NCBI GenBank assembly: GCA_965228855.1
Contig: CBDDIJ010000003.1
Location: forward strand, 3,008,001 to 3,072,000
Reading direction: 5' to 3'
Length of the DNA stretch: 64,000 bases
DNA from: Candidatus Obscuribacterales bacterium
GTDB taxonomy: Bacteria; Cyanobacteriota; Vampirovibrionia; Obscuribacterales; Obscuribacteraceae
Each line of letters begins with the position of its first letter. Position 1 is the stretch's first letter. The notes under the pieces were generated by a model. It worked only from the letters and a program-made list of their open reading frames with translations. It searched no databases and was not told where the DNA came from. Below, one piece after another: positions 39,001 to 48,700 of this stretch. The position numbers and the translations under genes are program-made.

Positions 39001-39595
39001 AACCGTGATTTTTCTTCGGTCCGTGCTGCGCGCCGGCACCGTGCATCTGCGGGTGCGCGTGCGGAATTCCTTCAAGGCGAAGATTTTTGCCTTGCTTCAT
39101 CTGTCCGGCTGTGGGAGGTCGACCTTGAGTCGAATCAAGTGTGGTCTGACCTTGATAGGCGCCCATTTGATGACCGCCGCCAGGAGCTTGAGGAAGTCCG
39201 GGAACTTGTGAGCCGCCACCTGAAAGAATTGTCGCACCGGGCTGGATGAGAGGATCCGCACCAGCGCCGCCTTGCATCATACCTTGCTGCATGGGGGGCA
39301 TGCCCTGACCTTGCATCATCGGCATTTGCTGCATTGGCATTTGTTGCATCGGCATCTGCTGCATCGGCATCGGATGCCCGGTAGCCGGATCGATTGCCCC
39401 AGCCTGATACATTGGAGAGCCGCCCGCCATCGGGTATCCGCCGGCTTGAAGTTGACCGCCGTAGTGCTGCTGGGGAAGCATAGCGCCAAGCTGTTGGCGC
39501 TTCTCGTACTCTTTTGCGGAGATAGTCTCGCCAGTATCTACGTCCTTGTAGCAGACTGTCTGTCCTTTCTCATTAATAACTGCTTTGTACGTCAT
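36086..39595 (-). CDS. virD4: VirD4/TraG-like type IV coupling protein with long low-complexity termini and Zn ribbon
   Basis: TM helix, Walker A APSGSGKTT, HWNPL, Walker B FFDEYQ, RGANGGLTLILQNISQI, IFSNC, TAAFFSEEIG; CPHC..CIEC near the C-terminus. Confidence 0.88.
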   Translation of the reverse strand: MTYKAVINEKGQTVCYKDVDTGETISAKEYEKRQQLGAMLPQQHYGGQLQAGGYPMAGGSPMYQAGAIDPATGHPMPMQQMPMQQMPMQQMPMMQGQGMPPMQQGMMQGGAGADPLIQPGATILSGGGSQVPGLPQAPGGGHQMGAYQGQTTLDSTQGRPPTAGQMKQGKNLRLEGIPHAHPQMHGAGAQHGPKKNHGFLDATSIAILLPTLVLLALIIAAAHKKRLFPWQTIRTFNPPSGMLTPRDYERSFLCPPNLRRHGRMGKRNPEATWEEVDGVVIPFGFLARTHLPITIPMGRLPNKNMFIVAPSGSGKTTLMRAIIKSLLAKPCVVIALEAKANDPNLDEKKEGFKYTVLPEAQQAGFDTLYFNPLDTDSVHWNPLDLPPNTFASSIVQDVNSLDAEEQHWAERDMGYIEGLAQLLKWGAVQVIGEDENGQASELEQLPCNPRGLMKLVNNRRNIVESLRQAKNRPEVNGTELSEMTQRLSSIIRTDADWDKNIQGVRGRLRMFKNPGVLAVTEYSNIDLKAAMNRPTVLIFGAPASLGPDAESLAACFVYQMQQALHTRYGTKSVLPLFAFFDEYQTLNIDVAGRLSAIVRGANGGLTLILQNISQITSGGKNAEAEMRTIFSNCAIRVCLHNADEQTAAFFSEEIGKHAIIVPGIADHYQSTGFGIFPSSWNRIHSQQVVARVDSDTIKRMEKQHALVYLAPAGDPEFGETKPFMVDLRGIEEIARLHLLHNVSVRRGDGPGHAAPIPGAPSPNAVPTFMSVPNAADAINNVFHDGPNGQQAPQNGMHQHQPQEPVAPTASSVGNQLAQVVTTGVQSVIGSLLGRAPEQTNMQQHQPQAFAQVPHGAGDFANAGRMMSETAGAFAAGTVAAQQGMAPHAAPGFAQGYGNDQLANLQAASRAAAQAMGPTTDPYGYAGGNGNIGDGYNAGQSFDPNPGSGFAQQPYGQIETAVTGSVVEPMQAAPSAPAGSERDCPHCGKHAGKGKFCIECGKKIDVVAAAPVAQSAIPSLNPSLAAPQQQANHEDTIQAVQQQVVGPMGARKETGRPQPRYGGLEVTSRENLPSKRPSMAEAAQQMGAANPYAQAQAQGQAPAQAPVDPRMAYGTGGNPNAGPLSQRVAAEAVGAGQNNPYHRSTVTSMNPDVAKFGFNPAHSKKQGVEF

Positions 39596-39777
39596 TCTTG
39601 CTACCCTGAGCCTCTGAAACTTGAATGTTTTCGAACGGTATTTCGAACGGATGGCTTTCTAATGAATGCCTACTTTATCGGCTTATGAAGAATTATCGCC
39701 TTAGCAGTCGATTTCGAGAATGTTATAACTACGATACTCGGCACTAAACCATGGCAAAAATACGAAAAAAGTTTTGC

Positions 39778-40425
39778 TTAAATGCCAAAACCTTTTCCAG
39801 CTTCTCCCATACCGGCGATCTGCAATTTGCGATCCGGGGTCATTTTGACGAGATACTCGAATTTGACTTCGTGAACGTTTTGTCCTTTACCAGGCACATC
39901 TAGAATCTGCTTTCCTTCGACCAGCACTACGACCGCCCCATCCGGGCGTTGTTCTCCGATTTTCACAGAGTTCGTAATAAATTGGCTCACGGCGCCGGAT
40001 TGAGCGATAGTCTGAGCCATCTCCGGCGACCAGATGTTCGCGCGGTATGCTTGAGCGCACTCCGGCGACATATATTGAATCGCTTTCTCCTGGCTGCTTC
40101 CAGCAGTTTTCGCGCTGAAATCCCACGCCATCGGCAACCAATCACTGATCAAACGAAGAGCATCGTCAGCATTGGTTGGAGCAACCTGGGGTTCGGCCGT
40201 AAGCGGCGCCGCGCCTGGCTGCTGCGCCTGCGCATTGTATGCAGCAGCGCCGCGTCCACCGGTGACGTCCGGATGGTCGGCCCATTTGGGGCGTTGTTTG
40301 GCGCTTTGTTGCGGTCGCTGTTCAGGCTGAAGCAGGAGCGTGAAAAACATTCCCACCATGGCGCCGGCAAAGCCCACGATGATCAATGTCAGCTTATATT
40401 TTTCACCCGCCTGATAGTCGAACAT
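39778..40425 (-). CDS. Bitopic membrane protein, VirB8/TcpC-like (NTF2-like) candidate
   Basis: Single N-terminal TM, linker, then helices followed by beta-strands (VVVLVEGKQI, VKFEYLVK, LQIAG); lies between virB4 and virD4. Confidence 0.55.
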   Translation of the reverse strand: MFDYQAGEKYKLTLIIVGFAGAMVGMFFTLLLQPEQRPQQSAKQRPKWADHPDVTGGRGAAAYNAQAQQPGAAPLTAEPQVAPTNADDALRLISDWLPMAWDFSAKTAGSSQEKAIQYMSPECAQAYRANIWSPEMAQTIAQSGAVSQFITNSVKIGEQRPDGAVVVLVEGKQILDVPGKGQNVHEVKFEYLVKMTPDRKLQIAGMGEAGKGFGI

Positions 40426-40513
40426 TTTGAATTACCTGATGAATAAACCGTTTGCGCCTGTTCCAGTTTCACTAATCACGTCTGGCTCTAAGACAAACTA
40501 CTCGCGTTGAAAA

Positions 40514-43339
40514 CTAACCAGCGAGCAGCAAGTCGGGTGTAAACGTTTCCGGCGTATAGCCCTGACCAAGCAAATGGCAGGCCCAACGCGCGTCTCCGCG
40601 GCACAATTCAATCATGCGCGAGCGCATCGGCTGGTCCGTGTTAGGTTCAGTCGTTGCGACCCAGTACATGAAACGCGGGACCACAAGCCTGACTACACCA
40701 CGCGACATCTTGTGGTAGACAAGAAACGCGTCTGAATATTCTCTGTTTTTTCTAGTCAAATGACCGATCGAATTCATCTCCGCCGGCGTCAAACCGCAGG
40801 AATCACGAATGAGATCGAAGTTGCTCGGGTCGTTACCGAGAATGATCTTGAGTGAGCTGTTTGTCGCCAGGTTTCGAGCGCGCTCATCGCGCAACAAGTC
40901 GCCCAGCTCCTGGGAGATTCCGATGAACAGTAGACCTAAGTGGCGTGATGTACGCGAGGCGTCTTCAACCAGAGTCTTACCACCCTCGTATCTGAGCAGT
41001 CGCCACAACTCGTCTATGCAAAAAACAAATCGCGCCGGCTTGCCGGATTTCATCTGCTGCTGCTTGTGCTCGGCTGCGTTTCTCAAAACGAAGTCTGAAA
41101 CGAACAGAGTGACCACAGCCTCAAGAGTCTTATCGTGAGCCAGATCTGACGTATCGAACACAATCAATCTCGCGTTCGACGGAATCGACGTCGGTCCGTC
41201 GAAAAGTTTTCCGTAGATTGCGCCTCGGGTGTAGAGCGACAATCTGTTGACCAGGTCCTCGCAAGTCTCACCACGACGAGTACCTTTGCTCTTCTCGGCT
41301 TCTAGCTTGAGCCACTCGATCAAGTCTGACTCAATCGGCACGCGACCTTTCGTCGCGCACTCTCGATAAATCGCCTGAATGCCCATCATCAAGACCGGCT
41401 TCTCATCCTTGGTCATTGCTTGTTCGCCACGCTCACCGAGCATGACCGAATGGAAATTCAAAATCTTGATGATATGCGACTCGGGTGGATTGGCCGGGTC
41501 GATTTGCTTTCCGTCGGGACCGGCAAGCGGCAAGTCATATAGGTTTAAACAGACCTGACCATCGGGACCGAGTCTGATGTAAGAGGTTTCATCGTAAACC
41601 TCGGCGAGCATTCTGTATGAGCCGGAACGGTCAATAATCACCACTTTGGCGCCGGCAAGCATCTTCATCTGAATGATCTGCTGTGCCACCATGGATTTAC
41701 CTTCACCAGGCTGACCGAAGACTACACAGAGAGCGTTTGGCAGTTTTTCATCGTATGGATTCAGGAAAACCGGCTCCAATGTTTCTTTAGAGAAACCGAG
41801 CCAACTGCCCTTCGTCTCAGAGCCGAGCTTGGCATGAACAAATGGGAATGAGTTGCGCACGGTCGGCGTTCTCACAGCCTTTCCGCGGCGAGTGACATCA
41901 AGTCCCATGCCCGGAAGTGAACCGATGAAAAGACCCTTCTGCTCGCGATAGCCCACTACGAAACGGGCGCCGCGGCACTGAGGACCTGCGGTTCGCACGA
42001 GTTCCGTCGCACGGTTTAGCTCCTCTAGCGACTCGCCGAAGAGGGTGAAATAGATCGCGTAGTTGAACACTTCCATGTTGGATGTGTACAGTTCCGATCC
42101 GATATGCGCCGCTTCCTGTGCCTTTTCCGCTTCTTCCTGGTTAGGAGTCGAGCGTTGTCCCATCAAACTTTGATAGGTGTTCGCCGTGGCTTGCGCTTGT
42201 TTGCGCTGCATGGATTTTCTGAAAACTTCTTTGTCGAGCTTGTGAGCGTAGATGTTCATTCGCCACTCGCAGTTCAAGCGCAGAAGCGGCGAGAGCCACA
42301 ATGGACCGGTTCTTTCAGGGAGACGGCTCATATAAAGCGTGCGAATAAACAGCCCTTCTTTTTCCTTCGCATCCTCGACTGTTAGACTGGCGAGGTCCGA
42401 GATTCGCGCGTAATCCGGATTGCTGAAATCGTACTCCGATTCGGTCAATTGCTGACGAATCGTGGCTGGCTCCATATCAGGGAAAACGCGTCTCACTTTC
42501 GCAGAGACCGGCTGAGTGGTCGGTCTGAGCGGCTCAGGAAGCAGATCGTCAGTGACCTGTCCGAGTTTCGGATTCAGTTCTTTATAGAGCATTCTGAAAT
42601 ATTCGAGCGCGGAAACCGGACGGCCGGTCATTCCGCAGGCACCGAGCGTGCCCATGTAACCTTGCGCGCGTTGCAACAAAGTCGCGACGTTTTTCATATG
42701 CGCGCCCACGCTCTGACGAGCTGCGGTGTTTCCGAAGACGTCCTTGAGCGTCGTAGTGAAGCCTTCGATAAAACCGGCTTTCTTGGCTGGTTTTTCTTTG
42801 GGCGGACGATAGCAGAATGTGACGAAGAACTTCAATTCCGGAATAAAATTCCGAGATAAGAGGCTGGCCTGGTCGTTCTCAACGCACTTCGCTACGTACT
42901 CGAGAAATTCGTCTTTGACTACTTCGACCGGATGCTTCTCGAAATATTCGCGCTTAGTTGTGTTGTGGCAAACAATCGTGAATTGCACAGAAGTATCGAT
43001 ACCATTCAGGAATCCCGTGAAGTGGTTCATCATTGAGACCAGGCGCACTTCATCGAATCCGCTGACGTGAACGCCATCGACTTCGAACATCGTTCTATAA
43101 CTGCCGTCTTTCAGAACGATGATACCAAGTCCGGTGGCATCGTCCTGGAACAAATCCCAGAGAGGAAGAAGTCCGGCAGCTGGAGGGTGAGGTCTGGGAA
43201 CAGCCATTGAAGGCAGTTTCGCCATTGCCGCAGCAACTTTCGGGTCAAGCTTTTCCTTCTCGCCTTTCTTTAGAAGCGGAAGGCCAAGCTCTGGCTGTTT
43301 TGATCTGGGAAGAGAAGTCGTCATTTTTGACTGTACCAT
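40514..43339 (-). CDS. virB4: VirB4-family T4SS ATPase
   Basis: GFSKETLEPVFLNPY, Walker A GQPGEGKS, VVIIDRSGSY, LNLY, Walker B CIDELW, RTSRHLG..ISQ, TNSSLKIIL. Confidence 0.92.
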   Translation of the reverse strand: MVQSKMTTSLPRSKQPELGLPLLKKGEKEKLDPKVAAAMAKLPSMAVPRPHPPAAGLLPLWDLFQDDATGLGIIVLKDGSYRTMFEVDGVHVSGFDEVRLVSMMNHFTGFLNGIDTSVQFTIVCHNTTKREYFEKHPVEVVKDEFLEYVAKCVENDQASLLSRNFIPELKFFVTFCYRPPKEKPAKKAGFIEGFTTTLKDVFGNTAARQSVGAHMKNVATLLQRAQGYMGTLGACGMTGRPVSALEYFRMLYKELNPKLGQVTDDLLPEPLRPTTQPVSAKVRRVFPDMEPATIRQQLTESEYDFSNPDYARISDLASLTVEDAKEKEGLFIRTLYMSRLPERTGPLWLSPLLRLNCEWRMNIYAHKLDKEVFRKSMQRKQAQATANTYQSLMGQRSTPNQEEAEKAQEAAHIGSELYTSNMEVFNYAIYFTLFGESLEELNRATELVRTAGPQCRGARFVVGYREQKGLFIGSLPGMGLDVTRRGKAVRTPTVRNSFPFVHAKLGSETKGSWLGFSKETLEPVFLNPYDEKLPNALCVVFGQPGEGKSMVAQQIIQMKMLAGAKVVIIDRSGSYRMLAEVYDETSYIRLGPDGQVCLNLYDLPLAGPDGKQIDPANPPESHIIKILNFHSVMLGERGEQAMTKDEKPVLMMGIQAIYRECATKGRVPIESDLIEWLKLEAEKSKGTRRGETCEDLVNRLSLYTRGAIYGKLFDGPTSIPSNARLIVFDTSDLAHDKTLEAVVTLFVSDFVLRNAAEHKQQQMKSGKPARFVFCIDELWRLLRYEGGKTLVEDASRTSRHLGLLFIGISQELGDLLRDERARNLATNSSLKIILGNDPSNFDLIRDSCGLTPAEMNSIGHLTRKNREYSDAFLVYHKMSRGVVRLVVPRFMYWVATTEPNTDQPMRSRMIELCRGDARWACHLLGQGYTPETFTPDLLLAG

Positions 43340-43371
43340 AAAGAAACGTTGATGCTATTGGGGTGTGGCTG

Positions 43372-43785
43372 CTAGGCTGGTTCTTCGATTAATGTACTTT
43401 TTTCGATGAAGGCATTGACTTCGATTTCGAGGGAATCATCGAGGTCCTGGTCGATAAACTCCGGCAGCTTTTCATCTTTGAGAAAACGTACTGGATTCGG
43501 GTCCGGTCCTGGAATGTAGACCTGAGAACTCATGTAGAAGTTCATTATGCCTTCCCAGTGTCCGGTTGTGTGATTGAGAGTGAAGAGGCAATATGCTGGT
43601 CCGAGCAGACCAAGAAATATTGCTACGTCCAGTCTCAGGTCGTGCCCCATGAACGGCACTGGGCTCAGCCAGGAGTAAAGCTGAGTGGAAACTATCAAAC
43701 TGCCTAAACACGCAATTAGCTGGTCGTACCGCAGTCCGAACAGCTTTGGGGAGTCTTCTAAATTTAGTGGTGTTTGGTCTTCCAT
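43372..43785 (-). CDS. PrgI/VirB3-like membrane protein
   Basis: TPLNLEDSPKLFGLRYDQL followed by two TMs; immediately upstream of virB4. Confidence 0.7.
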   Translation of the reverse strand: MEDQTPLNLEDSPKLFGLRYDQLIACLGSLIVSTQLYSWLSPVPFMGHDLRLDVAIFLGLLGPAYCLFTLNHTTGHWEGIMNFYMSSQVYIPGPDPNPVRFLKDEKLPEFIDQDLDDSLEIEVNAFIEKSTLIEEPA

Positions 43786-44001
43786 TGTTACTCGCTTGAT
43801 CCTTTTCTTGGCTTAGCGTTGTAATCTCGCGTATTTGCTAAATCATTTTGCTTTGCTCGATCTTGCGGTCCTCGCCTGGTCTTGTTGTCTTTGCTCGAAC
43901 TTGCCTTGCTTTCCTGAAACACTCAGCTTGGCTAGATCTTACTTCGCTTACTCCCTTATGCCCGGTCTGGCCCAATCTGCGGTCATCTTTAGTTATAAGT
44001 C

Positions 44002-44703
44002 TTAAGCCACTGATACGTCCGATGGAACGGCGGTGGGCACTATTGTCGGTTTCGGCAAGAAGATGTCTTCAATGATGTGGGGTGGAAGAAGGGTTGGCGT
44101 GGAATCGCCATTTTTTGCCTGTTCAATCTGGTGATTGATGAGTTCTCTCGGAAGGACTGAACGTCTATCGACCAGACTGTAGAAGCGCACGGCATCATGG
44201 AATTCACCCATCAAGCGTAGAACCTCGCCCATGATGAACTGATACCGTCCGCGGTTACCGTCCCAACTGTCGTCGTTGAGAGCTTCGTAAAGTTCGCGGG
44301 AGGCGAGTTCGAGCCATTTGTCGGCGGGCTGGAAATCTTCGCGTGCACACCAGTAGCCATTCAACGCGACGATTGCGCGATCGAGACTGTGAGCGCCGTT
44401 GTTTCTTCCGCTCAGAACAGCATGACCAAACTTCTTGGCATTGTCGACAGGAGGCGCATCCGGAAGCATTTCGGGCAAAAAGTAATGCGTTTGGAACGCG
44501 GATAGCCACCACGTGTAGAGACACTCCGGGCACATCGCAATCAGACTAGCTCGGATGGCGGCATCCGGTAGAACCCGGTGTAGATCGGTCTCTACGCGCG
44601 ACTCGCGTGAAAGCTTTGGCATTTTTGCAACCGGCGTGGCAAACGTGAGTTCGCATTTCGGGCAAATGACTGACGTGAGTTTGAGACTGTAGAGTTTCAT
44701 CAT
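44002..44703 (-). CDS. DUF2225-like Zn-ribbon/TPR protein
   Basis: CPKC...ETDL...CPECLY, WCAR, FIMGEVLRLMGEFHDAVRFY. Confidence 0.75.
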   Translation of the reverse strand: MMKLYSLKLTSVICPKCELTFATPVAKMPKLSRESRVETDLHRVLPDAAIRASLIAMCPECLYTWWLSAFQTHYFLPEMLPDAPPVDNAKKFGHAVLSGRNNGAHSLDRAIVALNGYWCAREDFQPADKWLELASRELYEALNDDSWDGNRGRYQFIMGEVLRLMGEFHDAVRFYSLVDRRSVLPRELINHQIEQAKNGDSTPTLLPPHIIEDIFLPKPTIVPTAVPSDVSVA

Positions 44704-44815
44704 GTTTTTTTAGATAGAGCGGAAGCTGGCTGTCGAATGTTTCATGAAACCGCGGGAGGGGTGTTCGTGTGGCGGTTTCTATAAATACAGATTAGATCCG
44801 TATCAGCCTGCGGTC

Positions 44816-44843
44816 CATCGGGGGAAATCCCACATAAGGTGGG
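44816..44843 (-). promoter_or_regulatory. Shared upstream motif copy 1 (CATCGGGGGAAATCCCA...AAGGTGGG)
   Basis: Ungapped similarity to 51505-51532 and 54013-54028, each about 60-115 bp upstream of a minus-strand gene of the locus. Confidence 0.5.
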
Positions 44844-44892
44844 AGAATGCCCATTTTTAGATTAAACTTGCGCGCCCGCCCTATGCTCCCCG

Positions 44893-45055
44893 ACTCACCC
44901 CGCCTCTTCAAACTTCTCCCCGCCCTCCGTTCCCCCACTCGCCCCGCATCTTCAAACTTCTCCCCGCACTCCGTTCCCACACTCGCCCCGCATCTTCAAA
45001 CTTCTCCCCGCCCTCCGTTCCCCCACTCGCCCCGCATCTTCAAACTTCTCCCCGC
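44893..45055. repeat. 44-bp tandem repeat x3.7, C-rich on plus / G-tract-rich on minus
   Basis: ACTCGCCCCGCATCTTCAAACTTCTCCCCGC(C/A)CTCCGTTCCC(C/A)C units starting at 44893, 44937, 44981, 45025. Confidence 0.95.
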
Positions 45056-45129
45056 ACTCGCCCCGCCTCTCACTTCGCTCGCCTCTCACTCTCGCCCCGC
45101 GCCCCACTCGCCTCACCTCTCGAAACGGC

Positions 45130-45668
45130 GAGTGTGCAGAAAACAGGCCATCTTTTGCCGTTTTTGGATCCGTTTTTCACACATTTGCGATGAGTAGGAG
45201 GCGTGTTAGCCGGGTTTCCAACTGGTTAACTTCGCCCCGCGCTCCACCTCTCGAAACTGGGAGTGTGCAGAAAACAGGCCATATTTCGTCGATTTTTGAT
45301 CGGTTTTTCACACATTTGCGACTTTCACACATTTACGACGGACGACGCTGGTCAGTCGGCCCGAAGGCTGTGCTAGTCGAATCGGAACTCGCCCCCACAT
45401 CTCAAATCGGCGAGTGTGCAGAAAACGGGCCATCTTTTGCCGATTTTGGATCCGTTTTTCACACATTTGCGATGAGTAGGAGGCGTGTTAGCCGGGTCGG
45501 AAGGTGGTGGCGACCCGAAGGCTGTGCTAGTCGAATCGGAACTCGCCCCCGCCTCAAATCGGCGAGTGTGCAGAAAACGGGCCATATTTCGTCGATTTTT
45601 GATCGGTTTTTCACACATTTGCGACTTTCACACATTGACGACGGACGACGCTGGTCAGTCGGCCCGAA
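45130..45668. repeat. Four 61-bp interspersed repeats in A-B-A-B mosaic with repeated linkers
   Basis: GAGTGTGCAGAAAAC(A/G)GGCCAT...GTTTTTCACACATTTGCGA at 45130, 45261, 45412, 45564. Confidence 0.93.
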
Positions 45669-45733
45669 CGGGTCGAAGGTGCGTTAGTCGGGTCGGAGGT
45701 GTTAGTCGGCCCGAAGGCTGTGTTAGTCGTCCG

Positions 45734-48700
45734 TTAGTCGTCTGGATCGTAGTAGCGACGGGAACCGCCACCACCACCGCTGCCGCCGGACTGCGAGTAC
45801 GAGCTCTGGTCGTCATAATCCTGATAGGTTCCGGAGCCGCCGTAATAGGGGTCCTTGCCTGCCAGACGCTGATCGACTTTCTCGCGGATTACGCGCACGA
45901 CTTGTTTGTGGAGCGAGGCGCCCGGTTTGCCGGAGTAGTCGGGATGGCTGATGATCTGATTGACGAAGTTCTTGGTCGGATACGATTGCAATTTCACGAC
46001 AGGGTGCTCTTGCGGCTCAGGTGAATTCGAGATGTCGTCTGCGTACTCGGCGAGCAGCTCGGTTCTGTATTCCTGTGTCGCGCCGTGAATTGCTTCGGCG
46101 GCGAAGATGCTCTTCGGATCGATGTTGTTCTGGTTCCACTTCGGATCGCAATCCATCATCGCTTGAACGACTTGAGTGCGCACCAGGCTGAAGTTATTAC
46201 CGCCAAGCTTTCCGGCGGTGACAGCTGCGGTTTGAGCCATCGACTTATCGGTTGCCATAACCTGCATTGCAACAGACGCAATCTTCGGATCCGAAAGCTG
46301 CTCATACGAGAAGCCTGCTGAATGCAAGTCGTAGACCACGTTGTACGCCATCTCGGCTGTCGTATCGTACTGGTTGACCATATTGCGCAAGTTGGCTTCG
46401 ACCTCGCCGGCACTGACACCACCGATGTCGCCTGTTTTACCGAACATCAGTTCGGCTTCAACATGCTGCTCGATGACCTGTCCGGAATTGCCAGGATCGT
46501 TGTAACCACCCATCTGCATATTGACTTGCGGAGTCGAATCTCTGAGCGGCGCTTCGAACCGAACGCGCTGCGTGCCGAGATTGTTGCTGCCGCCGCCATT
46601 GTTTCCGCCTGCGGTGAAAGTCACGTTTGCACGAATCTCGGACGGACGCGAACCGGCAGCCGGAGGTACTTTGATCAAACTCGGGTCGATAGGAGGAGGA
46701 GTCGGTGTATGTCCTGGAACAATCTCCACTTCCACGTTTTGTTCGTTGATGATTGGAGGAGGAGTGCCTACGCCGCCAACGTTGTTGATGTGGATAGGAC
46801 CGGTGCCGCTTGGATGCGAGCTGCCTTGCATACGCATTTGCTGCGTTGGAGGGGTGCCCATACCCTGGTTTGGAGCTTGTCTGAAAGTGACATTCGCTCT
46901 CGTGCCCGGGCCCATTCCGGGTCCCATAATCGGAGGTGTAATTCCGCCGAGATTGAGCGGTCCAACAGGCGAGGCGCCACCGTCGACGTCAACTGGGACG
47001 TCAACAACCTGTTCCATACCGCCGCCGCCACCGGGAAGAACCGTTCCAGAGACATTGGTTGAAACCATCGGCGATCCGCCGCCACCACCGCCGCCTCTGG
47101 GTTGGATGGGAGACACGCCGCCGCCACCACCGGCGAAACCACCACCGCCATTCTTGACGCTGTTTCCGATTCCCTGAACAGCCTTGAGAGCTTGATAGGT
47201 TTGAACGTACGAACCAACGTCCGCTCCGGCACCGACGATGTTCGCGACATCGTTGACCATTTTCACGTCTCGGCAGGCATCGTCGCCGAACTCTGCGCTC
47301 AATGCCGTCGCCGTGTTGACGACTGCCGGCGGCAGTAGTTGTGCTTCGCGACCGGTCCAGGCGTCTGCGACCATCGGATGAGCATCCGGAATCTCGTCGT
47401 TCTTTCTTGCTTCGAGGTAAGAAGAACATCCGGCGATTGCGGCACGTTGCTCCCATGGACGCGATCTGAGAACGGTTGCGTTTGTGGCTATAGCTCTTGA
47501 GGTCGCGTTGATCGGGATCGCGTTTCTCACCAGAGTTTCCGTAGCAGGGATGTGACCCCAGTGCCAGCTGGATTCCGGCGAACCGGCGTCAGTCATGATG
47601 TGGACGCCCCAGGCTTGCTGTTCGTCGGACATCGGACCATAGCGTTGGTTCAGATACTCGGTATACGCATTACCTGGCTGACCGTTGACGTATGCTTGCG
47701 AGCCGGCTACCGATTCAGTGTACAGGGCTTGCTGGAACGCTTGTTTGGCGTTCGCGGTTTGAGCCCAGGAGCCGCCGTTATAAGAAAGGATACCGGATGC
47801 CATTCTTTGAGCGAAACCTTTGGGCTTGTCGGCACCAGCTGCGATGGCAGACTGACGGGCTGCGTCATATGCGACAGGGTCATTGCCTACCAGAGTCGCA
47901 TAACCGGCGGTCATCATCTGCAGAGCCAGTCTGTCAGGGTCCATGCCTTCGGCGTGTCTGACGTGGAAGGTTTGTCCCTTCGCGTTACCCATCAATTCGG
48001 CTTCACCGGAAGTTGATGGTCCGAGAGTCACATCCTGAGCCAAACGGATGCCGCCAGAAATACCACGAGGTGGAATCCAGCGATAGCCTGCTTGTTGATA
48101 GTTGTTCATCGGAACAACCGACTGTGTGGCTTGAAGTCTTTGTTCGTGCGGGCTTGCCGGAGCTTGACCGTGTGGAGTTCTGCCGTCGTCCGGAGGAGTG
48201 TGCATGCCGCCGCCGCCACCATCGCCGCCATTTCCGCCGCCGCCACCGAAACCACCAGCACGGCTGGTGAGGTTCATCGGTCTAATCGGCGAGGAGTTAT
48301 CCGGCTCCCAGCCTGGATCTATGAAACCGCCCGGCGCTTGCGCACCTGTCCTGCCGGTTCCAGCTCTTCGCGCAGCGGGTACCGGGATGACCCCGCCCAG
48401 GTTCACACCCGGAATTCCACCAGCGGCAACTGTCGGTTGAATTTCGACCTTGCCGCCATCAGTCGTAGCGCCCGGAGTGCCGGTCGGAGGTTTGATTTCA
48501 CCTGTGACTGTTTGCTGAGCGTTGACGTTGTCGCCACCAGCCGGAGTCAAGCCAGGCTGTATACGCACTTGTCCGTCAGCGGTACCACCGGGAGTGACAA
48601 CTTCGCTGCCTTCGGCGGCTTTGCCGAGATTGCCAGTCGGAGCTTGTACGCGTCGTCCAGGCAACGAGACAGTGACGGGGACTTTGCCATCGGCACCAGC

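Noticed and set aside
45130..45624. CRISPR array
   Set aside because: Repeats are 61 bp, the intervening segments are 70-91 bp and are themselves repeated (ABAB), and there are no cas genes in the window.
44792..46024. ORFs 44847..45197, 45190..45687, 45373..45618 and 45485..46024
   Set aside because: They are translations of the DNA repeats or antisense to the virB6-like gene, with no convincing SD or family signal.
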